DNA of 64,000 nucleotides, taken from a virus. Location of the stretch: the IMG/VR virus record IMGVR_UViG_3300037473_000391; one strand, written 5' to 3'. Below are positions 44,722-54,595 of the stretch, one piece after another. Numbering within the stretch: position 1 is the stretch's first letter; each line of letters opens with the position of its first letter. The notes beneath the pieces were generated by a model. It was not told the origin of the DNA, did no database searches, and was given only the letters and a program-made list of their open reading frames with translations. The translations under genes were made by a program, and so were the position numbers.

Positions 44722-45178
44722 AGTCTCGCGGCACCATGACGAAACCGTCTCCGCGCTCCCGCGTTGGAACGAAGTGGCCGTTGATGAACTTGATATTCAC
44801 GGGACGCATGCCCGCGTTGGCGGCTTTTAGCGCCGCAGCGCTTGGGTCATCGGGCTCAGCAACGATCTGTCCAGGAATCCCAAACTTCAGTTGCTGCGCC
44901 TCGTACATGGCAGCGCCGACGGCGCCGTGAATATGCAGGACATCAAGTGACGTTGGCTCAACCCTGCGCCCCTGGATGAACCACTGCTCACCAGCGATCG
45001 TTCCGTCGCGCCGGATCCGCAGCGCCATGCTCTCTCGTTTGCCCAACACCATCGCAAGGAAGGTGTCCTCATTCTGCTCGATGCATTCAAGGCGCCTGTC
45101 ACCGGACAGATCGAACGAACCGAGCTGTTTCGTTAGCGCGGCAAGTCCAATAGGGAGCGATTCGCTGGTCTCACCCAC
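44693..45178 (-). CDS. hypothetical protein
   Basis: Track ORF. Confidence 0.5.
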   Translation of the reverse strand: MGETSESLPIGLAALTKQLGSFDLSGDRRLECIEQNEDTFLAMVLGKRESMALRIRRDGTIAGEQWFIQGRRVEPTSLDVLHIHGAVGAAMYEAQQLKFGIPGQIVAEPDDPSAAALKAANAGMRPVNIKFINGHFVPTRERGDGFVMVPRDFDFEETSDG

Positions 45179-45515
45179 GGGTCACCTCCACAATGTGCCC
45201 GCGCGCTCGCGCGGCAATCCACCGGGTAGCTCGCTCAAGATTCTCGTCTGCTTCGCCCTGCCTACTGAGCGCCATAACGATGCTGTTGCTCAGGTACGCA
45301 ACCGCCTCATCCAGTGTCCTGTGTTGACCTCCGCCGCGATTCTCGTAGCTACCTTCAATTCGAACACGCGTCCAATATCGGCTGCTTGGCATGAACACTT
45401 CCGCGGTCAGTCCAAGCTCAAACTCGAACCGACCTATCGTCGCTCTGAGTGAACCAAAACGCTTGAACTCGACGCCGCAGATCTCGAGTGAGTCGGGTAG
45501 GGTTTGGTCGGTCAT
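45171..45515 (-). CDS. hypothetical protein
   Basis: Internal ATG at 45515 in a 4-nt overlap. Confidence 0.45.
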   Translation of the reverse strand: MTDQTLPDSLEICGVEFKRFGSLRATIGRFEFELGLTAEVFMPSSRYWTRVRIEGSYENRGGGQHRTLDEAVAYLSNSIVMALSRQGEADENLERATRWIAARARGHIVEVTRG

Positions 45516-45748
45516 GGTGATTCCTGATGCGTTGGGCGAATCGTCGTCATGATGTGCAACGCAAGCGGTTTTCCGCCGGGCGAGTAATGCAACCCGAATG
45601 AGGTAATCCCAGGCACGTTCCTCTCGACGGCATCGCAGTGCTTCCGAAATTCCAGCTCGGATTGACCAGGTTGCCTCACCGACATGAGGTGGTAGCCACT
45701 GATGACCCACGTGACTGCGACTAGTTCACCGGGGGCAAAGTCGCTCAT
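45512..45748 (-). CDS. hypothetical protein
   Basis: Internal ATG at 45748 in an ATGA overlap. Confidence 0.45.
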   Translation of the reverse strand: MSDFAPGELVAVTWVISGYHLMSVRQPGQSELEFRKHCDAVERNVPGITSFGLHYSPGGKPLALHIMTTIRPTHQESP

Positions 45749-45978
45749 GATCCGATCTCCCGCGTGACGACACAAATGACATGCCTAACCGGAGCGATCG
45801 GCACCCGCGCGACTGGCACGCCATCCTCGTTGATGTGCGCAGGGTACTCCCAGGCGCGACCCGAGGCTGATGTGCCTTGCAGCACGAGGCCATCCTCCGT
45901 CTCGGCGAGGCGTAAGACCACTGGTTCGTCCTCAATAAATCCACTCCAAGCCTCACTCTTCAAATGCTCCGGAATCAT
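45745..45978 (-). CDS. hypothetical protein
   Basis: 4-nt overlaps on both sides. Confidence 0.45.
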   Translation of the reverse strand: MIPEHLKSEAWSGFIEDEPVVLRLAETEDGLVLQGTSASGRAWEYPAHINEDGVPVARVPIAPVRHVICVVTREIGS

Positions 45979-46304
45979 CGATCGCTCTCCTTCGAAACTG
46001 CCTCAGCCTCAGCAAGCGCGTCACCGCGCAAGGTTCTCCACAGTTGGGTGATTGCAATGGGCGCCCGGTAAGCCAGTGCCGCTAGCGCGACACAGCCGAA
46101 CACCAGCGCGGCCACTGGCCACACGATCGCTGCGCCATAGCGCGCGGACTTCTGGAGCGCGCTCGGGTTTGTTTCGCTATTCCAGAAACCAACGTAAAGA
46201 CAGGCGACCGCGACCAACAAGACGTAGACAACAGTCATGTCGTTCCACGGGTAAACCGTGACCTCCACGATCTCAGGGCGACAGGATTTCATTGGAATGA
46301 CCAC
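45975..46304 (-). CDS. membrane protein (two predicted TM helices)
   Basis: Hydrophobic segments VVYVLLVAVACLYVGFW and AAIVWPVAALVFGCVALAALA. Confidence 0.5.
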   Translation of the reverse strand: MVIPMKSCRPEIVEVTVYPWNDMTVVYVLLVAVACLYVGFWNSETNPSALQKSARYGAAIVWPVAALVFGCVALAALAYRAPIAITQLWRTLRGDALAEAEAVSKESDR

Positions 46305-46549
46305 CTTCGCGGCTGCGTCGCCTCAGTTGAGCACGACACGAACACGGTTCCGCAAGTCGCGCACACGAGCTTCGATGGGTGCGGCCCGGTGTCGAACCCG
46401 TGGAGTGTCACCTGCGCGGACGGCTGAACCAGAACAACGTCAGCGCTGTCCCAAGCGACGAGCGCGTCCTGCACGGCATCGACAGGGTTCGTGTTGACGG
46501 GCGCCGCTACAGCAGCCACGCATGCGCTGAAGAATCCGCGACGGTTCAC
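46289..46549 (-). CDS. small protein with a twin-arginine (Tat) type signal
   Basis: N-terminus [17 protein letters not shown]. Confidence 0.45.
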   Translation of the reverse strand: MNRRGFFSACVAAVAAPVNTNPVDAVQDALVAWDSADVVLVQPSAQVTLHGFDTGPHPSKLVCATCGTVFVSCSTEATQPRRWSFQ

Positions 46550-47112
46550 AATCGCGCCCCTTCCGGTTCTTCACTCCGCTCCCAACCGGTCAGCGACTCC
46601 AACACCTCAGCGACGAACGGCTCTCCGCATTCCACGCAGCCCGACGGCTCGCGTCGGTGGCCCAAACCCTCGCGCGTCCCGCAGTACTTGCCTTGCCGCG
46701 GTTTCACCTCATGCGCCTTGTCCCATTCGTGTTTGCGGCAGCTGTCGCACCGGGCTTGCATGCGGCGACGGAGCAGCGAGTCGCTACGAGTGAACTCGAC
46801 GCCGCAGTTGCAGCGCACATTCCAGAGTCGCGAGTCGTATGCGCTGCGACCCACGAGCGTGGAGCCGCGAAGCTCCAGACCAACGAACAGTTCGATCGTC
46901 GCGGGTCGCTCTTCCTTGTGGGCCAGTCGCCTGAGCGCCTGGTCACGACGCCGTCGCGAGCATTCGTCGCATTCGAGCACGCGCGCCGCCAGGATCGCGC
47001 GCTCACGGCGGTTGAACTCGATCTCGCACGCGCATTTGACTCGCCACATCGACGCGCTCTTGCGGAAGAGCAGGAGTGCGCCTTTGACGGTGGTGTTGGG
47101 GGTGAGGGTCAT
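46546..47112 (-). CDS. Cys-rich protein with two WxVxCxC...EF...CxxC zinc-ribbon-like modules
   Basis: Internal ATG at 47112 in an ATGA overlap. Modules [11 protein letters not shown]...CDEC and [11 protein letters not shown]...CDSC. Confidence 0.5.
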   Translation of the reverse strand: MTLTPNTTVKGALLLFRKSASMWRVKCACEIEFNRRERAILAARVLECDECSRRRRDQALRRLAHKEERPATIELFVGLELRGSTLVGRSAYDSRLWNVRCNCGVEFTRSDSLLRRRMQARCDSCRKHEWDKAHEVKPRQGKYCGTREGLGHRREPSGCVECGEPFVAEVLESLTGWERSEEPEGARL

Positions 47113-47894
47113 GCTGTCTCCGTTTCGGCGCTCGGCAGCTTCGCTAGTGCTGCAAACGCCTGCTCGACCGTCGTGGTCTTTGGATCCGTTCCGGTAATCC
47201 GACACACCTGCTCGATCAAACGGGCGTGCGCGTGGATGTAGATGGAGACGCGATCAGGCAGGAACGCACAATCGATGTCGACTTGCTGCATGGCCTGCAC
47301 GACGCTCGTGAGCTGGGTGTGGAGTTCTTTGATCTCGCGTTTTGCGTCGGCGAGTTCCAGATAAACTGCAGCTGATTGCAAAACCTCAGGATCGTCGCTA
47401 CTCAATCCGATCATCAGGTTACAAGGTGAACATAGTACCCCTCTCACCTCACCGGTCTTGTGGTCATGATCAACTGGCCAGGTTTTTGCTCCGTTTGACC
47501 TTGGTCTCTGCGTCCCGCAGATAGCGCAGCTACCTTCCTGGCTTTGCAGTAAGTCCGCAAACTCATCACTAGTGATCCCGTATTTGCGCCTCAGGATGTA
47601 ATCCCTGTACTTCTGGCGATACTCGGGAGTGCTCCTCTCCGCTCGCCCACGGTCGCGAGCATTGGCGTTGCGTCGTACGCGCTGGCACTTGGTGCAGCTC
47701 CTGGCGTCGCTTCTCGGCGAGAGAAAGGCTGTCCCACACGCGCAAATGTATTCTCTTTTTACATTCGGTTTTCGTTTTACATGTCCAACAATAAACCGAA
47801 CCGGTTCACCTTTTACAGTGCGATCTCTAGTGCTGGTCTTTCGCGCGAGCGGCGTCGGTTGCCCGCAACCACATAAACAAATCCCGTTATTCAT
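47109..47894 (-). CDS. recombination endonuclease VII family protein
   Basis: [42 protein letters not shown]. The gene is visibly lower in GC. Confidence 0.8.
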   Translation of the reverse strand: MNNGICLCGCGQPTPLARKTSTRDRTVKGEPVRFIVGHVKRKPNVKREYICACGTAFLSPRSDARSCTKCQRVRRNANARDRGRAERSTPEYRQKYRDYILRRKYGITSDEFADLLQSQEGSCAICGTQRPRSNGAKTWPVDHDHKTGEVRGVLCSPCNLMIGLSSDDPEVLQSAAVYLELADAKREIKELHTQLTSVVQAMQQVDIDCAFLPDRVSIYIHAHARLIEQVCRITGTDPKTTTVEQAFAALAKLPSAETETA

Positions 47895-48810
47895 ACTGCC
47901 TCAGAATTGATCGTATATCTGGACCAACCCAGTCTTGAGGCTTCCTCAGCTTGCCCCGCTCGTCGACCCCCCCGCCCTTCTTGGCGAGATTGGATCTCGA
48001 GATCTCGTTTGCGACTGGCTGTCTCGGGATACCGTACGTCAACCTGGTTCCTTGATTGACGAAATCGATGTCGCCGAGCGCGTCGGCCACCTCGACGAGA
48101 TCAATGTCAAACCCGGGGCCACCGAGCTGCCAGTTGATCCAAGACTCGACGTGTCGCTTGAGCGCGTTGCAGAGCGCGATGGGTGCGCCGTGCGCTTCAA
48201 TGAGCTCGATGTACTCTTCGGTAACGAGTCGAAGCCGGAGCGCTGCTTCCTCTTTGGTCGGAGTCGTGAGCTTGTGGCGCACGGGGTAACCGAACGCGTT
48301 GTGGAACTCGGTCACCTGCAGGGTCAGATCGTTGGCGCGGCGGTCGTTCACCATGGCCGTGTTGGCGTTTTGCAGCGCGGTGCACTGCTCGGTCAGATGG
48401 GTGACGCGTGCGCCGAGTTTGGCGATGGTGTCGAGGAGGGCGGTGTTTTCGGATTGGAGTGTAACAGTGAGCCTTTTTAGCTCCAGGGCTTCCAGCGCGT
48501 CATCTGCATACAACTCCATCGTTGACTTGATTCGCTCGGGTTGCGTTGTGGCACTCACCTGAATGGGGTACCGGTCCTTGCACTCATCCGATCGGAAGAT
48601 TCGCAGTCCACGCTCCGGGTTCCTCGCCCAGCTCAGTTCACCAACGGAGATCGCGCAGGTGGCTTGATCGAGGTGCGTGCCAAGTTTTGGGCAATTGATA
48701 TTGCAGTTATCCCCGTTGAACAACGGCAGTCCGATGCGCGCTCCGACTGAACGGTGCGATGCGGCTTCGGGCTCGGCTTCGGGGATGAGGTTGAGGGTTG
48801 GTTCGGTCAC
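47887..48810 (-). CDS. protein with a C-terminal MazG-like all-alpha NTP pyrophosphohydrolase domain
   Basis: [23 protein letters not shown] and SRSNLAKK. Confidence 0.6.
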   Translation of the reverse strand: MTEPTLNLIPEAEPEAASHRSVGARIGLPLFNGDNCNINCPKLGTHLDQATCAISVGELSWARNPERGLRIFRSDECKDRYPIQVSATTQPERIKSTMELYADDALEALELKRLTVTLQSENTALLDTIAKLGARVTHLTEQCTALQNANTAMVNDRRANDLTLQVTEFHNAFGYPVRHKLTTPTKEEAALRLRLVTEEYIELIEAHGAPIALCNALKRHVESWINWQLGGPGFDIDLVEVADALGDIDFVNQGTRLTYGIPRQPVANEISRSNLAKKGGGVDERGKLRKPQDWVGPDIRSILRQYE

Positions 48811-49001
48811 TGGGTGCGCTCCTGCGGGTTACTCGCGAACTTGCGCGCGGCTTCGGGGTTGGAGGCGAGCCACCCGTCAAACGCGTATTGCGCGAGCTGC
48901 CGATCGGCGTAACCGCGGAGGGCCTCTGGGAACGGCGTGCGCGCTCGCTCCTCCTCGCTCATGCGCGGGTCGTGTGGGAAGAATTTGTTGACGTCGATCA
49001 T
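48807..49001 (-). CDS. hypothetical protein
   Basis: 4-nt overlaps on both sides. Confidence 0.45.
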   Translation of the reverse strand: MIDVNKFFPHDPRMSEEERARTPFPEALRGYADRQLAQYAFDGWLASNPEAARKFASNPQERTQ

Positions 49002-49600
49002 GCAATCACCACCTTTCCAGGCTGCTTACCGCCCTCAAGAATCCAGCGCAGCGGGGCATGGCCGCCAAGTGTTGTTGCAAGCTCCACTGCGTTCCTTGCG
49101 CCAGCTGTGACGATAACCTCACGCCGTCCGTCATATCGACGTTGAAGAATTCGCAGCAGCGTCTTGCTAGAGGAAGCGACGTCATCGAGAACCAGTAGAC
49201 GGCACATCTCCGACCGCAGCATCAGCTTGGATGCCGACTCGTCGCGCTCGGCCCCGCCCGCTGACGTGAGTTCGTCTGCGCGAACCCAGAAAATGCTGCG
49301 GGCCAGGGCAAACACGTCGCCCCCCTGATCGGCGGCATTGCGACAAAGGAGGGCAACGAGGCGAGCGACCGCTGAGGTCTTACCTGCTCCGGTTGGCCCG
49401 AGCAGCACCATTGGGGTTCCAGGTTGCCACTCCGCGATGGCCCGCTCGAACTTCGGACTGGTGGAGAACTTATGCATCCCACGCGGCACCCGCTCCCAGG
49501 TCGCCATGAGTTGCTCTTTACGCAGGGCCCGATCTCGATCCGCGTCGGCATCGTCTGAGATGACGCGTAGCCCATCGAGCGCTTGAGCGAATGCGTTCAT
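48998..49600 (-). CDS. P-loop ATPase (DnaC/IstB-like helicase-loader candidate)
   Basis: Walker A LLGPTGAGKTS and Walker B LLVLDDV. Confidence 0.65.
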   Translation of the reverse strand: MNAFAQALDGLRVISDDADADRDRALRKEQLMATWERVPRGMHKFSTSPKFERAIAEWQPGTPMVLLGPTGAGKTSAVARLVALLCRNAADQGGDVFALARSIFWVRADELTSAGGAERDESASKLMLRSEMCRLLVLDDVASSSKTLLRILQRRYDGRREVIVTAGARNAVELATTLGGHAPLRWILEGGKQPGKVVIA

Positions 49601-50445
49601 GGTGCCCCCTGAAAGCGCCGCGCGCGGTCAGGGTGATCGAACGGCTTCGTGAAGTCTTCGACGTTGACGCTTGGGTCGTCGGGCTGGCGCTGGGGAGGCT
49701 TGCGGTTTCCGGCACGCGATGGGTTGGCGCGGTCGTCCTGCGCATCCTTCACGGCCCACTTGCGGTACGCCTGCCGCCACTGGGTTGGCGTTCGCTTTGA
49801 GCCATCGCCAGCGTAGTGGGCAACGAATCGCGCCAGGTAGCGCTCGTGGTTCCCTGCCGCGGGGGTCATATCCAGAACGGCAGCCCCGGGGTCCCAGCCT
49901 TCGACCAGCTCCGTCGGCTCATCAGGGTCGAGAGAACGAAGCTGGGTCCCCCCTGGACCCCCTCCCTGAACAACAACACTACCAACCGTACCGTGCCGTA
50001 CCTTATGGGCCGCGGAATCCGCGCGCTGTCCACCTGTGTTTCCGCGCGGAATATCCTCCGGAGACCCTGAGGAATCCGGCCCGGAATCCTTCTTGCCTCG
50101 CTTGCGATCGCGGTCGCGCTTCCGTTTGGCCTCCACGTCCGCCTTCGACTCGTTCCAATCGAGGAAGTCATGAACCATGTATCCGCCGTCAGCTCGAATG
50201 AAGAGACCGGGGCCATTGGGTCGCAGGCGAGCCTCGCAGAGCTTCTCGGCGAGCTTCTTGGCTTTCGCCATAGGGATGGGCTCAGGTAGGCAGTCCGTGG
50301 CTAGCGCCGCCAGAGGAACGAAGCCGTCTGTCAGGTACTTGTTGCAGTAGACGACGGAGGCCACCCAAAGAGCCCAAGCTTCGTTGCCGGCCACTCGAGC
50401 CTTGGGGTGCGACGCCGAAGCGTCATCGAAGCGCGCCCAGGTCAC
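49597..50445 (-). CDS. hypothetical replication-region protein
   Basis: GTG at 50445 in a GTGA overlap. It has a basic KRKRDRDRKRGKK linker. The function is inferred from position only. Confidence 0.45.
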   Translation of the reverse strand: MTWARFDDASASHPKARVAGNEAWALWVASVVYCNKYLTDGFVPLAALATDCLPEPIPMAKAKKLAEKLCEARLRPNGPGLFIRADGGYMVHDFLDWNESKADVEAKRKRDRDRKRGKKDSGPDSSGSPEDIPRGNTGGQRADSAAHKVRHGTVGSVVVQGGGPGGTQLRSLDPDEPTELVEGWDPGAAVLDMTPAAGNHERYLARFVAHYAGDGSKRTPTQWRQAYRKWAVKDAQDDRANPSRAGNRKPPQRQPDDPSVNVEDFTKPFDHPDRARRFQGAP

Positions 50446-51095
50446 AGGCCTTCCTTTCGCATCAACTCCAACAGCTCGATGATCTCTGCAACGCACCCAT
50501 TCGCGTCCTTCCAGATCTCACTGCCCGTGAATCTCACTACAACGTGACCCTGAGCAACTATCTGGCGATCGCGCTTTCTATCACGCGACACTTGCTGCTT
50601 GGTTGCGGCGTGAAATTCATGCCCGTCGCATTCGACATAGAGAACCTTGGATGAGTTTTCTGGAAGCCAGAAAGCGAAGTCTGGCTTCAGTGGACCACTG
50701 TCAGTGTGAACTCTTGGTTGGGTTTTTACGACGAATCGCCAAGTCTCTTCTTTTGGCGTGTACTCCACCAAAGTGGTTTCATCTTCGGCATCTGAAAACT
50801 CCATTGATGGGGAGAAGTTAAGCAAACAGAGCGCGAGTGCGCGCTCTATAGGAGAACGGGTTCCAGTCAGAAGCGTCTGGCCGCGATAGACGAAGTCCGG
50901 AATCTCCGTGCCATTGATCATCAAAACGGCCAGGACAACTCGAAGCGGAGCGTTAGCCATTCGCTCGACGAATAACTCCGGAACCGGAACGTCATCTAGC
51001 TGAAGATTGCCGATTACCAGTTTGGCGCGGTCTTGTAGCGATAGCCTGAAAGTGTGTTGTCCGCGTTCCAGTTTCGGTTTCTCGTTGCTTCCCAT
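50442..51095 (-). CDS. DUF559 / Vsr-like PD-(D/E)XK endonuclease domain protein
   Basis: C-terminal YVECDGHEFHAATKQQVSRDRKRDRQIVAQGHVVVRFTGSEI. The gene is lower in GC. Confidence 0.65.
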   Translation of the reverse strand: MGSNEKPKLERGQHTFRLSLQDRAKLVIGNLQLDDVPVPELFVERMANAPLRVVLAVLMINGTEIPDFVYRGQTLLTGTRSPIERALALCLLNFSPSMEFSDAEDETTLVEYTPKEETWRFVVKTQPRVHTDSGPLKPDFAFWLPENSSKVLYVECDGHEFHAATKQQVSRDRKRDRQIVAQGHVVVRFTGSEIWKDANGCVAEIIELLELMRKEGL

Positions 51096-51379
51096 TACGA
51101 CACGCCTCCAACCTGTTCAGTTGCGCCGCCCGCCTCGCATGCACACCTTCGACGCGTGCCAAAGATCGCGCCAAGTAAACCCACAGGCAGCATTACGCCC
51201 ACGAGGTACACAAGCACGATGGCGCCGCAGATCACGCCGCCGACCACCCCAATGGCAAGCCCGAGCGGCCATAGGATCGCCGATGCGAGCGCGCCTTTGG
51301 TCCCGAACATCAGCTCAGCGGCGCCAAGAAACACTCCAACGCTCAGCATCACCCAGGCGCTCAACAGACTCTCGATCAC
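51095..51379 (-). CDS. small membrane protein
   Basis: Almost entirely hydrophobic and G/A/V/L-rich. Confidence 0.5.
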   Translation of the reverse strand: MIESLLSAWVMLSVGVFLGAAELMFGTKGALASAILWPLGLAIGVVGGVICGAIVLVYLVGVMLPVGLLGAIFGTRRRCACEAGGATEQVGGVS

Positions 51380-51972
51380 GCGACACCTCCCGCTCGAGCC
51401 CTTCGAAACAACCGCTCACCCGCGACAGCAATGGTAATCGCGTCGGCGACATGATCGTTCGGTGCCTCAAATCCAAGAAACCACTCTACCCACCGGCGAG
51501 TCGCCGCCTTGCGCGCCTTACGCTGCTCATCGTGGCTCACTCCGCGCCGTGCCCGGTAACCCATGACCGAGTTGACGAGCTGCGGCCTGGGGCTCACGAC
51601 GGGGCAGGTGAACAGAAAATGCAGTCCGCCAGCGACATCGCGAACGCGCTCGGCGCTAGCCGAATTGATCCCGATCTTGCGCGCGCCCATGCGCCCCGGT
51701 TCTTGATCCTCGATCGCGACACAGGTGATTGTTACGCCGCTTGTGAACTCAAGGACACCATCGCGCAGGCGCTTGAGACGTTCACTGAACTTGAGCGCGT
51801 TCGTTGTCGTCAGCTTCAGTGTGTCAACGACGCGAGGCTTCCCGGTGCCAAAATTCAGGATAGCCAGCCCGAGCTCCGCGAGTCCCGGATCCACACCCAG
51901 CACCTGTCGCGAAACGCAGGTGAGCGCCGGTTTCTCCAGCACGATGCCTGTTTCGATCAGGGGCTCGTTCAC
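51376..51972 (-). CDS. ruvC: RuvC-like Holliday junction resolvase
   Basis: VLGVDPGLAELGLAIL and VAIEDQ. GTG at 51972 in a GTGA overlap. Confidence 0.7.
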   Translation of the reverse strand: MNEPLIETGIVLEKPALTCVSRQVLGVDPGLAELGLAILNFGTGKPRVVDTLKLTTTNALKFSERLKRLRDGVLEFTSGVTITCVAIEDQEPGRMGARKIGINSASAERVRDVAGGLHFLFTCPVVSPRPQLVNSVMGYRARRGVSHDEQRKARKAATRRWVEWFLGFEAPNDHVADAITIAVAGERLFRRARAGGVA

Positions 51973-52484
51973 GTCGGCTCCTTCCCAACCAACCGAATGC
52001 CCCGGCGCACGCCCTCGCACTTCTTGAGGCATGGCTCGCAGATGCAAGCGCTTACCTCATTGGAGCCGTTCCAGGGCTTGTGCACCGGGATCCAAAGCTC
52101 ATTCTTGAGTTCACTGCACACATAGCAGCGGTTCGTGTGGCGGCGCGTCGCTGCTTTGCGCGGACGATATCGTCGCAGTTCACCTGTGAGCCCCATGTGC
52201 GTACAGAACCACTTACCGTTTTCCTGATGGGTGATGTAGCGAGTCCTGCCGCTCTGGTGATCAAGCCAGATGCGTTGCGCGCATGTCGCGTTTACAATCG
52301 CGTCGTAGGCAGCTCTGGCCTGTTCCGGAGTCAGGGCAACGTCGCCTACCATCACTGCACCACTGGCGGTCGCGCGGATACGCAGGCCACCGATCTCTCG
52401 CTCCGTATTCTCGCCGAGCCATCGCAATGACGGCGCTGACGCGTGGTCCAGTTGCGACCATTCTTTGACTTCCAACAACGTCAC
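51969..52484 (-). CDS. hypothetical protein with a C-terminal Cys cluster
   Basis: CYVCSEL...CICEPCLKKC. Confidence 0.5.
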   Translation of the reverse strand: MTLLEVKEWSQLDHASAPSLRWLGENTEREIGGLRIRATASGAVMVGDVALTPEQARAAYDAIVNATCAQRIWLDHQSGRTRYITHQENGKWFCTHMGLTGELRRYRPRKAATRRHTNRCYVCSELKNELWIPVHKPWNGSNEVSACICEPCLKKCEGVRRGIRLVGKEPT

Positions 52485-52669
52485 GCTTCCACCTCCACGC
52501 GCTTGAGCCCAAAGATCCCGAAGAACGCGTCGGCGGCATCGATGCCCATGACAGCACGCTCGCGCTTGTATGCGTTACCTGAGAGTCGGTAACCAGCCTC
52601 GCGCAGTTTCATCTCACGCAAGGAAGCTATTCCGGCGCGCCGCTTCTGTTGTCGACGATGGCGGCTCAC
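52481..52669 (-). CDS. hypothetical protein
   Basis: 4-nt overlaps on both sides. Confidence 0.45.
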   Translation of the reverse strand: MSRHRRQQKRRAGIASLREMKLREAGYRLSGNAYKRERAVMGIDAADAFFGIFGLKRVEVEA

Positions 52670-53109
52670 TCGGTAGCCTCCAGCACCGAGACCGGCAGCA
52701 TTGTCTCGATCTGTCCGACCGAGAACTCTCGGCTACCAACCTCGCGGCACGCCCAGGGTTGAGCCTTCGCGCCCATCTCGCGCAGTAACACCTCTAGTTT
52801 TGCCGTGTATTCGGACACGACCTCGCGCGCGAACATGTCGTGGTTGCCGTCAGGGTCGCACAGCTCCTCGTTGTCCTCGTCGATCCGCCGCAGACACTCG
52901 CCCATTACGAACTTGGCTAGTCGCGCGTAGTCCGTATCCAACTTCTCGCGCACATATGCCTTGACGGTCACGGGACAACGACTGCGCCAGTCGTCGGTGG
53001 ATTCAACGAAGTCCTGAAGAGCTCCATCAACGTCCTCATGTTGGAGCGTCTCCGCGTTATCGCGCGCGTCGTAGTAGAGCGCGGTGTCGAACGGGTCGAT
53101 GGTGTTCAC
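52666..53109 (-). CDS. hypothetical acidic protein
   Basis: GTG at 53109 in a GTGA overlap. D/E-rich. Confidence 0.45.
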   Translation of the reverse strand: MNTIDPFDTALYYDARDNAETLQHEDVDGALQDFVESTDDWRSRCPVTVKAYVREKLDTDYARLAKFVMGECLRRIDEDNEELCDPDGNHDMFAREVVSEYTAKLEVLLREMGAKAQPWACREVGSREFSVGQIETMLPVSVLEATE

Positions 53110-53771
53110 TCGGCAGCCTCCGCGACACGCGCTTTCGATCCGCGCACCTTCTTCGGAGCCCAGTCCCAGTGCGTGATAAGCCCTGGGTGTTCCGGTAGGT
53201 TGTAGCTGTAGATGCACAGTGCCAGATCCTTTGGGAACGGATCCGTCGACCCCACGAATGTAATGCGCCCAATGCTGTAGACCGTTGCGAACGGTGTGAC
53301 GTACGTGCGCCACCACTTCGTCCCAACGGCGAGTGGGCACAGCAATGCGATCTCGAGGTCGATCGACTTGTGAACCGTCGACTCAGCGCACTTGCGAACC
53401 CAGGGCAAGATAGGGTCAAACGGAGGATTGAGCCAACACAGCTGTTTCAGCTGCGTCCAATCCTGTTTGAGCGAGTCACGCTCTGGACCCCAGCTCAAGT
53501 CGTTGGCTTCATCGCCGACAACAACCGAGCTACCAGGGCTAGCTGCGAGATCGAAGAAGATCACCCCGAAACGACTCTCGACAGCATCAAGGAACGCGCG
53601 TGGTGTTCGCACGTCCTGCGCACTCTTGCCGCGCTTCATGGCGGCCCCACGCACACGCCGGAACTCCACGATCTCGGAGTCCGCCATCATGGGCGGATCG
53701 AAGTCGTCAGCGACGATGCACAGGGGCTTGCCTGACACCACCAACACGCGCACCGCATTCGCTTCAGTCAT
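53106..53771 (-). CDS. dam: phage-type DNA N6-adenine methyltransferase (Dam family)
   Basis: RTPRAFLDAVESRFGVIFFDLAAS and WLNPPF. Confidence 0.75.
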   Translation of the reverse strand: MTEANAVRVLVVSGKPLCIVADDFDPPMMADSEIVEFRRVRGAAMKRGKSAQDVRTPRAFLDAVESRFGVIFFDLAASPGSSVVVGDEANDLSWGPERDSLKQDWTQLKQLCWLNPPFDPILPWVRKCAESTVHKSIDLEIALLCPLAVGTKWWRTYVTPFATVYSIGRITFVGSTDPFPKDLALCIYSYNLPEHPGLITHWDWAPKKVRGSKARVAEAAE

Positions 53772-53967
53772 CTGGGTCCACTCCCATCGTGTTATTCATA
53801 TCTTCGCGCCCGAGCAGCGCCCTCAACTCCCCACACACCCCGCACCAATCCCCCGTGCGCGACATCGTCTGGCAGATCGAGCACCGGGAAACGGCGACGG
53901 GTTTACGCTCCGACTTGGGCTCGCGGTCGATCAGATCGACGAGGTCTCGGGTGGCGTCGAGGGTCAT
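53764..53967 (-). CDS. small zinc-ribbon protein
   Basis: Internal ATG at 53967 (ATGA overlap). CSIC...CGVC. Confidence 0.45.
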   Translation of the reverse strand: MTLDATRDLVDLIDREPKSERKPVAVSRCSICQTMSRTGDWCGVCGELRALLGREDMNNTMGVDPDD

Positions 53968-54233
53968 GGTGATACCTTCTCGCTTGCCCGCGCGTGCGGC
54001 CCGCAGTAGTCCCTGTTGACGCCTTGGCTCACAGCGCACAAGGAACACAGGCAGCGGTCACAGGTCTCTGTTTTGCCGTTGCGGGTTACTGGATAGTCGC
54101 ACCGCTTGGAAGCGGAGCGCCCACAGTGGGGAGTCTGACAGCGTTTCTGCTTCGAGCCCCTCGTGCAAACGAAGCCTGTGACACCGTTGCCGAGATTGAA
54201 AGGTTTGCAGGTCACGCGGCCTCCGGAATCCAA
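53964..54233 (-). CDS. Cys-rich hypothetical protein
   Basis: 12 Cys residues in 89 aa. Confidence 0.45.
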   Translation of the reverse strand: MDSGGRVTCKPFNLGNGVTGFVCTRGSKQKRCQTPHCGRSASKRCDYPVTRNGKTETCDRCLCSLCAVSQGVNRDYCGPHARASEKVSP

Positions 54234-54595
54234 GGCGTTAGCTTGGGAGCGACATCGACGGCTGGCGGCTCATCACCCAGCGCCGTCAAGTCGTAGACGG
54301 GAATGCCGCAGGAGACCGCGTGCGTGGCCTCGATGCGCATACCCGGAGAAACACGGCCCCCGACGAGCACGAGGTAATCGCATCGCTCAACATGCGCGAG
54401 GTCACACGCGATTCCGAGCTCGCGGTTCTCCGGCGACTCGTCCCACACACCCGAGAGCACGATCCAGTCCGCGGATGGGGCACAGTTGAGCGCCTTGGCG
54501 AGCCAGCCGCACCAACGCATTGCGCGCATGCGATTCGCGTCTCGGTCGGCGCCAGCTCCTAGCGGGTGGGCGACGTAAACGATAGGGCGCTTCAT
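54212..54595 (-). CDS. DUF4406 / nucleoside 2-deoxyribosyltransferase-like protein
   Basis: ATG at 54595 (ATGA overlap). VYVAHPLG...CDYLVLVGGRVSPGMRIEATHA pattern. Confidence 0.5.
   Translation of the reverse strand: MKRPIVYVAHPLGAGADRDANRMRAMRWCGWLAKALNCAPSADWIVLSGVWDESPENRELGIACDLAHVERCDYLVLVGGRVSPGMRIEATHAVSCGIPVYDLTALGDEPPAVDVAPKLTPWIPEAA

Noticed and set aside
52666-53109. The acidic protein next to Dam as an Ocr/ArdA-type DNA-mimic anti-restriction protein.
   Set aside because: Only overall acidity supports this. I recognise no motif or repeat pattern, so it is left as hypothetical.
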